64,000 nt of DNA, taken from contig CAVOQQ010000002.1 of assembly GCA_963698395.1 (NCBI GenBank), positions 191,624 to 255,623 of the forward strand, in the 5' to 3' direction. Shown piece by piece: positions 18,969 to 28,555 of the stretch; the stretch's first letter is position 1; each line of letters starts with the position of its first letter. The notes under the pieces were generated by a model. It was not told where the DNA came from. It saw nothing but the letters and a program-made list of their open reading frames with translations, and made no database searches. The position numbers and the translations under genes were made by a program. This DNA comes from an uncultured Acidimicrobiales bacterium. GTDB taxonomy: Bacteria > Actinomycetota > Acidimicrobiia > Acidimicrobiales > SZUA-35.

Positions 18969-19871
18969 TCAGGCGTTCTTCCATTGGTTGAGCAACTTGG
19001 CGAACTCGTCGGCCGGGCTGCCGGGCACGATGTAGCCCTCCTCGTCGTTGATGGCCGCCCAGTCGTCGCGCACCGTTTCGGCGGTGATGTCGCGGCCTCG
19101 GTGCACACCCTGGGTGAGACCGACGAAATAGCGAGCGACGGTGCCGCCGGCTGCGGAGTAGACCGCGCCGCTGCTGTCGCACTCGTTGTGAGCGAGCCAG
19201 ATCACGAGCGGGGTGACGAGCTCAGGATTGAGTGCGTCGGCCATCGGGCCGAGGATGTCTTCGGTCATACGGGTGCGAGCAACGGGAGCGATGGCGTTGG
19301 CCTTGATGTTGTACTTGGCGCCCTCGGCGGCGAGCACTCGAGTCAGACCCACGAGGCCCATCTTCGCAGCGGCGTAATTGGCCTGCCCGAAGTTGCCGGT
19401 GAGGCCGGAGTTGGACGAGGTGTTGATGACTCGGCCCGAGCCCTGCTCACGGAAGTGCAGCCAGGCGGGCATGGTGACGTAGAAGGCGCCCTTGAGGTGC
19501 ACATCGATGACCGGGGTGAGCAGGTCGTCGGTCATGTTGTGGAAGGTCTTGTCTCGCAGGATTCCGGCGTTGTTGACGACGATGTCGACCTGGCCGAATG
19601 CATCGATCGCTGCCTGGACGATGGCGGCGCCGCCTTCGGGCGTGGCGACGGAATCCGCATTGGCGACGGCTTCGCCGCCCAGCGCCTCGATCTCGGCAAC
19701 GACCTTCTCGGCCGCGGTGGCCGAGCTGCCACTGCCATCGACGGCTCCGCCGAGATCGTTGACGACCACCCGGGCGCCGCGCCGGGCGAACTCCAACGCA
19801 TGCTCGCGGCCCAGCCCACCACCTGCACCGGTGATGATCGCGACCTGGCCGTCGAATCCGAGATCTGCCAT
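18969..19871 (-). CDS. SDR, MFE-2-like hydroxyacyl-CoA dehydrogenase
   Basis: TGAGGGLG, VVNDLGG, NNAGILRD and GNFGQANYAAAK motifs. Confidence 0.92.
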   Translation of the reverse strand: MADLGFDGQVAIITGAGGGLGREHALEFARRGARVVVNDLGGAVDGSGSSATAAEKVVAEIEALGGEAVANADSVATPEGGAAIVQAAIDAFGQVDIVVNNAGILRDKTFHNMTDDLLTPVIDVHLKGAFYVTMPAWLHFREQGSGRVINTSSNSGLTGNFGQANYAAAKMGLVGLTRVLAAEGAKYNIKANAIAPVARTRMTEDILGPMADALNPELVTPLVIWLAHNECDSSGAVYSAAGGTVARYFVGLTQGVHRGRDITAETVRDDWAAINDEEGYIVPGSPADEFAKLLNQWKNA

Positions 19872-20091
19872 GTTGAACTCCTCGATGTCGTGTCTGCGTC
19901 CGTGAGCGGGGGTGCACACGGGCCGAACGATCCTAGGGCCGCCGACCGGCATTGGTCGAAGTCATGGGCGATCCGGCCGGCGATGTGCACTTGGTCGAAG
20001 TGACACTCCTCTTCTAGGTTGCAGATCGAACTCATCGATCGCGTCAACTTGGGGGCCATTCGTGTCGAAAGAAACTGGATCGGAGCAAGCG

Positions 20092-20886
20092 GTGTCAACA
20101 GAACCGGCGGTGCTGTACGAGGTCGATCAAGGGGTTGCCGTGATCACCTTGAATCGGCCGGCGAGGCTGAACGCCTGGAACGGCGACATCAGCAGTGGCT
20201 ACTTCGGTGCGCTCGATCGAGCCGCTGACGACCCCGACGTCCGGGTCATCGTCGTCACCGGAGCGGGAAGGGGTTTCTGCGCCGGTGCCGACATGGACGT
20301 GCTGCAAGGAATCGGCAGCAACAGCGGCAGCGCCGACTCCGCCGCCGCGGGCCCGCCACACACCCACGCCATGACCATTCCCAAACCGGTCATCGCTGCG
20401 GTGAACGGAGCAGCAGCGGGTCTTGGCTTCGTCCATGCCCTGGCCTGCGACCTGCGGTTTGCGGCCGCCGGTGCCAAGCTCACCACCTCCTTCGCTCGTC
20501 GTGGCCTGATCGCCGAGCACGGTCTGTCGTGGACTCTGCCCCGACTGGTTGGTCAGGCAGTGGCGCTCGACCTCCTCCTGTCGGGCCGCGTGGTCTTGGC
20601 CGAGGAAGCGCTCGAGATCGGTCTGGTCAACCGGGTGTTCGCTCCGGAGGACCTCATGGCCGAGACCCTGGCCTACGCCCGTGATCTGGCCGTGCACTGT
20701 TCGCCGGCATCGATGGCGGTGATGAAGCAGCAGGTCTACACCCACCCACAGATGGCCGTCGCCGAGGCGCTCGCCGAGTCGAACGCCATGATGGTCGCCT
20801 CACTGCGACGCACCGACTTCAAAGAGGGTGTCGCCAGCTTCCTCGAGAAGCGCAATCCGAGCTTTGCTCCGCTCGGTGACCAGTGA
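20092..20886 (+). CDS. Enoyl-CoA hydratase/isomerase
   Basis: LNRPARLNA, FCAGADM and KPVIAAVNGAAAG motifs. Confidence 0.92.
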   Translation: MSTEPAVLYEVDQGVAVITLNRPARLNAWNGDISSGYFGALDRAADDPDVRVIVVTGAGRGFCAGADMDVLQGIGSNSGSADSAAAGPPHTHAMTIPKPVIAAVNGAAAGLGFVHALACDLRFAAAGAKLTTSFARRGLIAEHGLSWTLPRLVGQAVALDLLLSGRVVLAEEALEIGLVNRVFAPEDLMAETLAYARDLAVHCSPASMAVMKQQVYTHPQMAVAEALAESNAMMVASLRRTDFKEGVASFLEKRNPSFAPLGDQ

Positions 20887-22037
20887 GCTCGGCACACATC
20901 GTCGGGGCGTTCGAGCATCCGGGCCGCCATCTTCCCGATCACACCGTTCCGCAGATCCACGCCGAGGCAGCCCACGGCGCCTTGGCCGATGCCGGTCTCA
21001 CTCTGGCCGATGTCGACGCGTACTACTGTGCCGGTGATGCCCCCGGCTTCGGCGGACTCTCCATGGCCGAGTACATCGGGGTGCGGCCGACGATGATCGA
21101 CAGCACCGAAACCGGTGGTTCGTCGTATCTCGTCCACGTGCAGCACGCGGCCCAAGCGATCGCCCAAGGTGCCATCTCGGTGGCGCTCATCACGCTGGCA
21201 GGCAAGCCGCGCACCGGTGGAACCGCTCCCGGTGCCTCGGCCCGACCAACGGCTCCGGAGTCACCATTCGAATCGGACTTTGGTCTGGCCGTCGTTTCGG
21301 GGTACGCGCTGGCGGCGCAACGCCACATGTTCGAGTTCGGTACCACCGGGGCCCAGCTGGCCGAGATCAAGGTGGCGGCCTCCACCCACGCCCAGCACAA
21401 CCCCAATGCCTTCCTCCCCAACGTGGTGACGGTGGAGGAGGTGCTCGAGTCGCCGATGGTTGCCGACCCCCTCCACCGTCTCGACTCGTGCGTCATCACC
21501 GATGGTGGCGGTGCCCTCGTGGTGGCCAGCGCCGAAGTGGCAGCGTCGCTCGGGCGAGCCAGCGCCGAGGTGATCGGCGCCGGGTTCGGTTTCAAGGGCG
21601 CTTCGCCCTCACCGATCGACCTCACCTACACCGCAGCGGCCTACTCCGGACCGATCGCCTTCGCCCAAGCGGGCGTGAAGCCGACCGACATCCACTACGC
21701 CTCCATCTACGACTCGTTCACGATCACGGTGCTCCAGACACTGGAAGATCTCGGCTTCTGCAAGAAGGGCGAGGGTGGGCGCTTCGTCTCCGACGGCGGG
21801 CTCCAGGCTCCCCACGGCACCCTGCCGTTCAACACCGATGGCGGTGGCCTGTGCAACAACCACCCGGCCAACCGTGGCGGGATCACCAAGGTGATCGAAG
21901 CGGTTCGCCAGGTACGAGGCGAGGCGCACCCGGCGGTGCAGGTTCCCGATTGCGAGCTCGTCTTGGCCCATGGCACCGGTGGCAGCCTCGCCACCCGGCA
22001 CGGCTCCGCCACCTTGATCATGAAGCGAGGGATCTGA
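20883..22037 (+). CDS. Thiolase-like protein (SCP-x/Ltp type)
   Basis: IYDSFT, NTDGGGL and AHGTGG motifs; coupled to a DUF35 gene. Confidence 0.9.
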   Translation: MSSAHIVGAFEHPGRHLPDHTVPQIHAEAAHGALADAGLTLADVDAYYCAGDAPGFGGLSMAEYIGVRPTMIDSTETGGSSYLVHVQHAAQAIAQGAISVALITLAGKPRTGGTAPGASARPTAPESPFESDFGLAVVSGYALAAQRHMFEFGTTGAQLAEIKVAASTHAQHNPNAFLPNVVTVEEVLESPMVADPLHRLDSCVITDGGGALVVASAEVAASLGRASAEVIGAGFGFKGASPSPIDLTYTAAAYSGPIAFAQAGVKPTDIHYASIYDSFTITVLQTLEDLGFCKKGEGGRFVSDGGLQAPHGTLPFNTDGGGLCNNHPANRGGITKVIEAVRQVRGEAHPAVQVPDCELVLAHGTGGSLATRHGSATLIMKRGI

Positions 22038-22462
22038 TGTCCACTCCATCGTCCGGCCTGCCGACGCACGAGCCCATCGTCACCAACGACACCGAGCCGT
22101 ATTGGAGCGGACTGGCCGCCGGCGTCGTTCGGCTTCCGCACTGCAGCTCGTGCGACACCGTCATCTGGTATCCGCGAGCACTCTGTCCGACCTGTGGCAC
22201 CTCCGAGCTCGAGTGGCGTGATCTGTCGGGCACGGGCACGATCTACAGCTTCTCCATCGCTCGACGTACCCCCGGTAGCTGGGGCAAGGTGGCTCCCTAC
22301 GTGCTCGCCTACGTCGAGCTCGATGAAGGGCCCCGGGTGATGACCAACATCGTCAATGCCGATCCCGAGTCGCTCCGGTGCAACCAGTCGGTGCGGGCCG
22401 TTTTCGATCCGACGACTGAAGGCATGGCGGTCCTTCGATTTGAACCAATCGGTGCTTCCTAG
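22037..22462 (+). CDS. Zn-ribbon OB-fold (DUF35) protein
   Basis: CSSC..YPRALCPTC, GTIYSFS and VELDEGPRVMTNI motifs. Confidence 0.92.
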   Translation: MSTPSSGLPTHEPIVTNDTEPYWSGLAAGVVRLPHCSSCDTVIWYPRALCPTCGTSELEWRDLSGTGTIYSFSIARRTPGSWGKVAPYVLAYVELDEGPRVMTNIVNADPESLRCNQSVRAVFDPTTEGMAVLRFEPIGAS

Positions 22463-22520
22463 GGCGTAGTGTTGGCGGTCGGTCAACCGCTGACCGTCCG
22501 CCAACCCGCTGCCGCCTCGG

Positions 22521-23963
22521 ATGCTCTTTCCCACCACTGCCTTCGCTGCCTTCTTCACTGTTGCGTTCCTGGTCAACTGGCTGCTCCGGCCCCGCCACGA
22601 TCTTTGGCGCCTGAGCATGGTGGCGCTGAGCTTCTTCTTCTACGGCTACTGGAACGCCAAGTTCACCGGGCTGCTCGCCGCCTCGGTGATCGGCAACTGG
22701 CTGGCGGCCCATGCCGTTGCAGTGGATCGGATCGAGGTCGGTGGCAAGACCCAGCTCGGACCAGCAGGACGGCGAGCGCTCCGGGTGTCGGTCGCACTCA
22801 ATCTGGTGGTGTTGGGTTTCTTCAAGTACTACGGATTCTTTGCCACCTCGCTGACCAACGCGCTCGATTCGATCGGGATCGGGGCATCGCCGCCGCTCCT
22901 CGAGATCCTGCTGCCGGTCGGCATCTCGTTCTTCACGTTCCAGGCGATCAGCTACGTCATCGACGTTTCGCGCGGCGAGTTCGACTCGCCCATGACCTTG
23001 CTCGACGTCGCCTTCTACCTGTCGTTCTTTCCCCAACTCGTCGCCGGTCCCATCGTGCGCGCCACCGACATGGCCTCGCAGATCACGGCGGCCCCCGACC
23101 CCCGCCGCATCCCGACCGTCGAGGCGATCTGGCTCATCGGTGGAGGCCTGTTCAAGAAGGTCGTGATCTCGAGCTACCTATCGACACAGATCGTCGATCC
23201 GGTGTTTGCCGTACCGTCGCAGTACTCGCGGTGGGAGGTGCTGTTCGCCATCTACGCCTACGCGGTGCAGATCTTCGCCGACTTCAGCGGATACACCGAC
23301 ATCGCCATCGGCTGCGCTCTGCTGCTCGGGTTCCGTTTCCCGCAGAACTTCGACTCCCCCTATCGGGCGTTGAGCATCCAGGACTTCTGGCGACGTTGGC
23401 ACATCACGCTGTCGTCGTGGCTTCGGGACTACCTCTACATCCCGCTCGGCGGCAACCGCGGCGGCACGCTGCTCACCTATCGCAACCTCTGGCTCACCAT
23501 GGTGCTCGGCGGTCTCTGGCATGGCGCGGCCTGGAACTTCGTGCTCTGGGGCGGCATCCATGGGACGGCCCTCGCCGTCGAACGTTTCGCTTCGTCGGTC
23601 TGGCGTCCGATCGGCCTCCCCGTGCAACTCGTGGCGGGTGCCCGGTGGTTCATCACGTTCCACGTGGTGTGTCTCGCCTGGATCTTCTTCCGGGCCTCCG
23701 ACGCCACCCTCGCCTTCGACATGGTCGAGCGCATCATCGGTGGCGGCGCCTCGTCGAGCTCGCTCGTATCGCTGCTCCTGGTCGCAACCATCGTGGCCAT
23801 GCTGCTCAGTCAGATGGCGCCACAATGGATCGGAGCGCAAACCCAGCGCCAGTTCGGCGCCCTGCCGCTCTATGCCCAAGGTCTCTCGCTGGCCTTGCTG
23901 CTCACGGCCATCGACGTGTTCGGCCCCGAGGGCGTCGCCCCGTTCATCTACTTCCAGTTCTGA
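22521..23963 (+). CDS. MBOAT O-acyltransferase (AlgI/PatA-like)
   Basis: PVGISFFTFQ, FPQLVAGPI, DFSGYTD, FWRRWHITLS and GLWHGA motifs. Confidence 0.95.
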   Translation: MLFPTTAFAAFFTVAFLVNWLLRPRHDLWRLSMVALSFFFYGYWNAKFTGLLAASVIGNWLAAHAVAVDRIEVGGKTQLGPAGRRALRVSVALNLVVLGFFKYYGFFATSLTNALDSIGIGASPPLLEILLPVGISFFTFQAISYVIDVSRGEFDSPMTLLDVAFYLSFFPQLVAGPIVRATDMASQITAAPDPRRIPTVEAIWLIGGGLFKKVVISSYLSTQIVDPVFAVPSQYSRWEVLFAIYAYAVQIFADFSGYTDIAIGCALLLGFRFPQNFDSPYRALSIQDFWRRWHITLSSWLRDYLYIPLGGNRGGTLLTYRNLWLTMVLGGLWHGAAWNFVLWGGIHGTALAVERFASSVWRPIGLPVQLVAGARWFITFHVVCLAWIFFRASDATLAFDMVERIIGGGASSSSLVSLLLVATIVAMLLSQMAPQWIGAQTQRQFGALPLYAQGLSLALLLTAIDVFGPEGVAPFIYFQF

Positions 23964-23968
23964 GCATC

Positions 23969-25075
23969 ATGACCTCACCCGAAATGCAGCACCTGCGAGC
24001 GCCCGACCCGATGCAACCGAATCGCGTCGACGTCATGAGCGCCGGCCGAACCCTCGTCGTCATGGTGCTGGCGTTGGGTCTGGCCGCCGTCTTCAATGCC
24101 GGCCGTCAGGCGGAGCGGGCGTCGCAGCAACCGCTGGGTCCTGGTCGGGACCGGGCCCTGGCCATCTGGGAACCGATCGACGCCGTGGCATCACCGGTTG
24201 GCCTGGAAGCCCCTCGCTCGCTGTTCGAGGTGGTGCGCTACGGCCACACGGTCACCGGCGTCGACGACGAGAGCCCGTCGAATGACGTCGCCGCGAGCAA
24301 CCCCGACGTGCCCGATCCCGACTCCACGTCGACGACGATCGGCGACAGCAGTGCGGTCCAACCTCCAGTCGAGGCGACCACCACGGTGCCGCCGGTGACG
24401 GCTCCTCCCACCACCGCCGGCCCTCGCGTTCCGTCCGCCGCCGACCCGCTGCGGGTATCCCTCGTTGGAGACTCGACCATGATCGAGACCGGCAAGGCGC
24501 TGCAGCGGTCACTGGCCGATACCGGCCTCGCCGAGAGCATTCTCGATGCCCGAGCGTCGTCGGGCTTCTCCCGGCCCGACTTCTACGACTGGCCGGCCCA
24601 TTTGCGAGAGGTGATCCCGGAACGTGACCCCGAGGTGGTCGTCGCGATGTTCGGTGGCAATGACGCTCAGGGCTTCGTGGTCGATGGGTCGGTCTACGAC
24701 TTCGGCTCGCCCGAGTGGATCACCGAGTACGGCAACCGTGTGCGCGGTGCCATGGAGTATCTCGCCGAAGACGGCCGCACCGTCATCTGGATCTCGCAGC
24801 CCACGATGCGATCGGCGTCGTTCGAATCGAAGATCGCCGTGATCAACCAGATCTACCAGGAGCAGGCTGCCGTGGTCGACGGCGTGGTGCTGCTCGACAG
24901 CCGGCCGTTGCTCACCCCCAACGGCTACGACGCCTACGGCACCGGAGTCGGGGGCTCCGAAGTGCAGCTGCGGGCCAGTGACGGCATCCATCTCACCGGC
25001 GCCGGGGGAGAGGTGATCGCTGCAGCGGTCCTCGATCTCCTCACCGGACGCGGCTTCCTCCCGCCGGGACCCTGA
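23969..25075 (+). CDS. DUF459/SGNH-hydrolase family membrane-anchored protein
   Basis: GDS, G.SRPDFYDWP, GGND and DGIH motifs; TM helix and Thr/Pro linker. Confidence 0.85.
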   Translation: MTSPEMQHLRAPDPMQPNRVDVMSAGRTLVVMVLALGLAAVFNAGRQAERASQQPLGPGRDRALAIWEPIDAVASPVGLEAPRSLFEVVRYGHTVTGVDDESPSNDVAASNPDVPDPDSTSTTIGDSSAVQPPVEATTTVPPVTAPPTTAGPRVPSAADPLRVSLVGDSTMIETGKALQRSLADTGLAESILDARASSGFSRPDFYDWPAHLREVIPERDPEVVVAMFGGNDAQGFVVDGSVYDFGSPEWITEYGNRVRGAMEYLAEDGRTVIWISQPTMRSASFESKIAVINQIYQEQAAVVDGVVLLDSRPLLTPNGYDAYGTGVGGSEVQLRASDGIHLTGAGGEVIAAAVLDLLTGRGFLPPGP

Positions 25076-25087
25076 CGATCGGGCTCA

Positions 25088-25132
25088 GGTGCAGCGTCTG
25101 TGCGGGTGCAGCCTCTGTGCGGGTGCAGCGTC
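25088..25132. repeat. 17-bp tandem repeat GGTGCAGCSTCTGTGCG (x2.6)
   Basis: Read directly; lies between convergent genes. Confidence 0.85.
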
Positions 25133-26594
25133 AGGCGAGTGTGGAGGCCAGAGCATCGAGGGCCGCGTTGTAGCCGCACAGGCCGTGGACGCCACCACCG
25201 GGAGGGGTCGAGGACGAGCACAGGAACAAGCGAGGATTGCTGGTCCGATAGGGGTGGCGCCGCAGCCCCGGGCGGGCGAACAGCTGGAGTCCATCGACCG
25301 CGCCACCGCCGATGTCGCCACCGATGTAGTTCTCGTTGTACTGCTCGTACCAGGCGGGCGATGCCTTGTGGCGAGCGACGATGGTGTCACGAAAGCCCGG
25401 AGCGAAGCGCTCGATCTGTCGCTCGATCGCCTCGGTGGCGTCCACGGTCGAGCCGTGCGGAACATGGGCGTAGGTCCACAGGGTGTGGCCCCGACGCTCG
25501 CCGGCTGCCGGCTGAGGCGTGCGGGAATCGTCGAACACGCTCTGCTGTGCCACCAGTACGAACGGCCGCTTGGGCATGATCCCTCGAGTGGCCGACGTCT
25601 CGGCCTCGTCGATCTCCTGGATGGTGCCGCCGACGTGCACGGTGCCGGCCTTGCGGCAGACCTCGGCGCTCCACGGGACGGGCTCGCTGAGCGCGTAGTC
25701 GACCTTGAAGACGCCGGGTCCGTAGCGAAAGGCCTGATAGCTCTTGCGGTCGCGCGCCGACAGCGCATCACCGGCGATGGCGGCGACCTGACGCGGTGTG
25801 AGGTCGAACAACACCACCTTCGACGGCGGGAGGTCGGCCATCGACCGCACACGATGATCACATAGCACGTCACCGCCGAGTCGGTCGAGGATGTCGAGCA
25901 TCACCGTGGTCAGTTCTTGCGACCCGCCCTTGACCGCAGGCCAGCCCGCCACGTGGGCTGCGCCGCCGAGCAGGAGGCCGAAGGTGGTGGTGAAGGGCTT
26001 GTGGAGCGGGAGGAACGAGTGCGCCGCCGCGCCGGCGAACAGTCCGCGAGCCTCGTCGGTGGCAAAACCTCGAGCGGCGACCGTGGCCGGCAGCAGGGCT
26101 CGGCTGCCGAAGCCCGCCATCATCAGCGGATGCTTCGGCAGGTCGGTGAGTGGAGTGAAAAGATCGCCGGCGAGCGCATCCCACCGCTCGGCCACCCAAC
26201 CGATCAGCTGGTTCCAGCGTTTGCCGTCGTCTCCCAGGTGGTCGATCGTTGCCTCCAACGAACGAAACGCCGCTCCGGCACGGTCGCCGCCGAGCGGATG
26301 GGCGAAGTCGACCTCGGGCGCAGCGAACTCGAGCGAAGCGCCGGCGCGATGCCGGCCCTCGAGGTCGAGGGAGGCCATGAACGGTGTTGCCGTCGCCAGC
26401 GGGTGAATGGCCGAGCAGACGTCGTGGAGGTAGCCGGGCAGAGTGAGTTCGGCGGTGCGTGTTCCGCCACCGGGCGTTGCGGCCGCTTCGAGCACCCGCA
26501 CCGATCGACCGGCCCGCGCCAAGGTGATGGCGGCCGCGAGGCCGTTGGGTCCCGCGCCGACGATGACCGCATCGAACTCAGCGGCAACCGTCAT
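25131..26594 (-). CDS. Phytoene dehydrogenase-like NAD(P)/FAD oxidoreductase
   Basis: [19 protein letters not shown] and [14 protein letters not shown] motifs. Confidence 0.9.
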   Translation of the reverse strand: MTVAAEFDAVIVGAGPNGLAAAITLARAGRSVRVLEAAATPGGGTRTAELTLPGYLHDVCSAIHPLATATPFMASLDLEGRHRAGASLEFAAPEVDFAHPLGGDRAGAAFRSLEATIDHLGDDGKRWNQLIGWVAERWDALAGDLFTPLTDLPKHPLMMAGFGSRALLPATVAARGFATDEARGLFAGAAAHSFLPLHKPFTTTFGLLLGGAAHVAGWPAVKGGSQELTTVMLDILDRLGGDVLCDHRVRSMADLPPSKVVLFDLTPRQVAAIAGDALSARDRKSYQAFRYGPGVFKVDYALSEPVPWSAEVCRKAGTVHVGGTIQEIDEAETSATRGIMPKRPFVLVAQQSVFDDSRTPQPAAGERRGHTLWTYAHVPHGSTVDATEAIERQIERFAPGFRDTIVARHKASPAWYEQYNENYIGGDIGGGAVDGLQLFARPGLRRHPYRTSNPRLFLCSSSTPPGGGVHGLCGYNAALDALASTLA

Positions 26595-26691
26595 CGGTCG
26601 GCCGAGACGAGCGCGAACGTGGGGACGAGCGCGAGGACGAGAGCGAAGGTGGAGGAGCGGCGCACTCGATCAGTGTGCCCCACTGCGAGGC

Positions 26692-27123
26692 TCAGTCGGG
26701 CACCGAGTGATAGGCGGCGAGGAGATCGCGGACCGAGACCATGCCAACGACCTTGCGATGCCCGTCGACGACGTCGACGATGGGAAGGTGGCGCATCCCG
26801 CCCTCGAGCATCAGATCGGCGGCGTCCTCGATCGGGGTCGAGGGGCCGACCGTGCTGAGGTCGACGCTCATCCAGTCGCCGACTCGCTCGTCGGTGGGGT
26901 CGCCCCCCTCGGCCAACGAGCGAATGATGTCGCGTTCACTGATGATGCCCGCCAGGTCGCGTGTGCTGTTGTCGAGCAGGACCGGCGATGCGCCGATGTC
27001 GTTCTCCGCCATGAGGACGGCGGCATCGGCGATCGAGAGGTGTACCTGGATCTCGATGGGTACCGAGGCCATCGCCTGGCTGATGGGGGACTGCAAGCTG
27101 GTGATGGTTCGTGGATTGCCCAT
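26692..27123 (-). CDS. CBS domain protein
   Basis: GIISERDI and RHLPIVD...GMVSVRDL motifs. Confidence 0.9.
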   Translation of the reverse strand: MGNPRTITSLQSPISQAMASVPIEIQVHLSIADAAVLMAENDIGASPVLLDNSTRDLAGIISERDIIRSLAEGGDPTDERVGDWMSVDLSTVGPSTPIEDAADLMLEGGMRHLPIVDVVDGHRKVVGMVSVRDLLAAYHSVPD

Positions 27124-27210
27124 ACCTCACCTTGGCTGGCCCAGGTGGGGGTGGCTAGGGGAGAAGGGCCCGATCCGGCGGGTTGACGCCTCGTTGCTAC
27201 GATGCCGATC

Positions 27211-28542
27211 GTGGCTCGATGCCGGTGCGGCGCCAGCAATTCCGACGATGCGAAGTTCTGCTCCTCCTGCGGTGACGCGCTCGGCGAAGGCCCGGGTCTG
27301 CTCGGCGTGTCGGCGACGGTCACCGAGGTGACGACCGAGGGCGGCGTCGATCGTCGCTGGATGCTGATCGCCGTTGGGCTGTTCGCTGTGCTGGTCGGTT
27401 GGTCGCTGTGGTCGGGCGGGTCGGGTGAACCGCCGGCGGCGACCGACGAGCTGGCCGAGGAGTCGAGTCCGACGACCACGTCTGCCACCACCTCGTCAAC
27501 GACCACCAGCGAGCCGACCACCAGCTCGACGCAGCCTCGGACCACCACGACCATCGGCGATAGCCCGAGTTTCAGTCTCGTTGGTGATGGCAGACCGCTC
27601 CTCGGCGAAACCACCGGGTTACGCCTGGTCCTCGGACGCACGTCGTACCGGCCGTCGGTGCTCGACCTCGACTCCGGTCAGCTGATCACTTCGCCGACGA
27701 GTCCAGGAAGCTTCACACCCTTGGTCACGTCGGGCGATTGGCTGGTCGTGCGGGTGAACGACCGTCTCCATGCCCTGCCGCTCGCCGATCTCGCCGCCGA
27801 CCCGGTCGACCTGCGGCCCGGTGGATTCTCGAGTTGGCTCGACCTGGCCGACACCGTGCCTCGCACCGATGGCAAGGTGTGGCTCATCGAGTATCTGGAT
27901 CCGTCGGCCCGTCTCGTGCTCGTCGACCTCGCAACCGGGACCGAGGTCGAGTCGATCGAGGAGCTCGACGTGTACGGACGAACGCAGTGGGCCGTCGCCC
28001 ATTCGTCGCTCGTCCCCGCACTGATCGATCCTGCCGGCGGCGGGGTGTACGAGGCCGACGGCGACCGCTATCGCCAGACTGTCGACGGACGACTGGTCGT
28101 CGCCGATGATCGCCGCGTACTCATCGAGATCTGCGACGACCGGTTGGACTGTCGTCGTCAGTGGTTCGACCGACGCACCTGGGAGCCTGTCGATCTCGTC
28201 GTGCCCCCGGAGGACGCTTCGAATCTGGCCTTCGTCAACGGGTCGGATTGGCTGGCTCTCACCTGGTACACCAGCACCGACGCGACGGCCACGTTGTTCA
28301 ATGTGTCGACCGGCATGTCTCGCGAGCTGTCTTCCTACGATCCGTACATCGGCGCACAGCGTCCTACGGTGTCGGCCGACGGGCGCTGGCTTGCCGAAGC
28401 GGATGGGCAAGACCTCGTGATCATCAGTCTCGAGCGAGGCGATGAGTGGCGGTTCGACGGCCTCGTCGCCTATGGCGATTCGATGCTCTTCACGTCGTCC
28501 GACGTCGGCTATGCGGCACTCGCCGAGGAAGCCGGCGAGTGA
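27211..28542 (+). CDS. Zn-ribbon + TM + Thr-rich linker + beta-rich extracellular domain protein (paralog 1)
   Basis: CRCGASNSDDAKFCSSCG; TM helix; PTVSADGRWLA propeller-like blade; TACGAT lies 7 nt before GTG. Confidence 0.75.
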   Translation: MARCRCGASNSDDAKFCSSCGDALGEGPGLLGVSATVTEVTTEGGVDRRWMLIAVGLFAVLVGWSLWSGGSGEPPAATDELAEESSPTTTSATTSSTTTSEPTTSSTQPRTTTTIGDSPSFSLVGDGRPLLGETTGLRLVLGRTSYRPSVLDLDSGQLITSPTSPGSFTPLVTSGDWLVVRVNDRLHALPLADLAADPVDLRPGGFSSWLDLADTVPRTDGKVWLIEYLDPSARLVLVDLATGTEVESIEELDVYGRTQWAVAHSSLVPALIDPAGGGVYEADGDRYRQTVDGRLVVADDRRVLIEICDDRLDCRRQWFDRRTWEPVDLVVPPEDASNLAFVNGSDWLALTWYTSTDATATLFNVSTGMSRELSSYDPYIGAQRPTVSADGRWLAEADGQDLVIISLERGDEWRFDGLVAYGDSMLFTSSDVGYAALAEEAGE

Positions 28543-28555
28543 TCGGCTCACCGCC

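Noticed and set aside
26600-26660. Degenerate GACGAGCGCGA repeats between the oxidoreductase and CBS genes
   Set aside because: Too short and irregular to call confidently; possibly an older micro-duplication.
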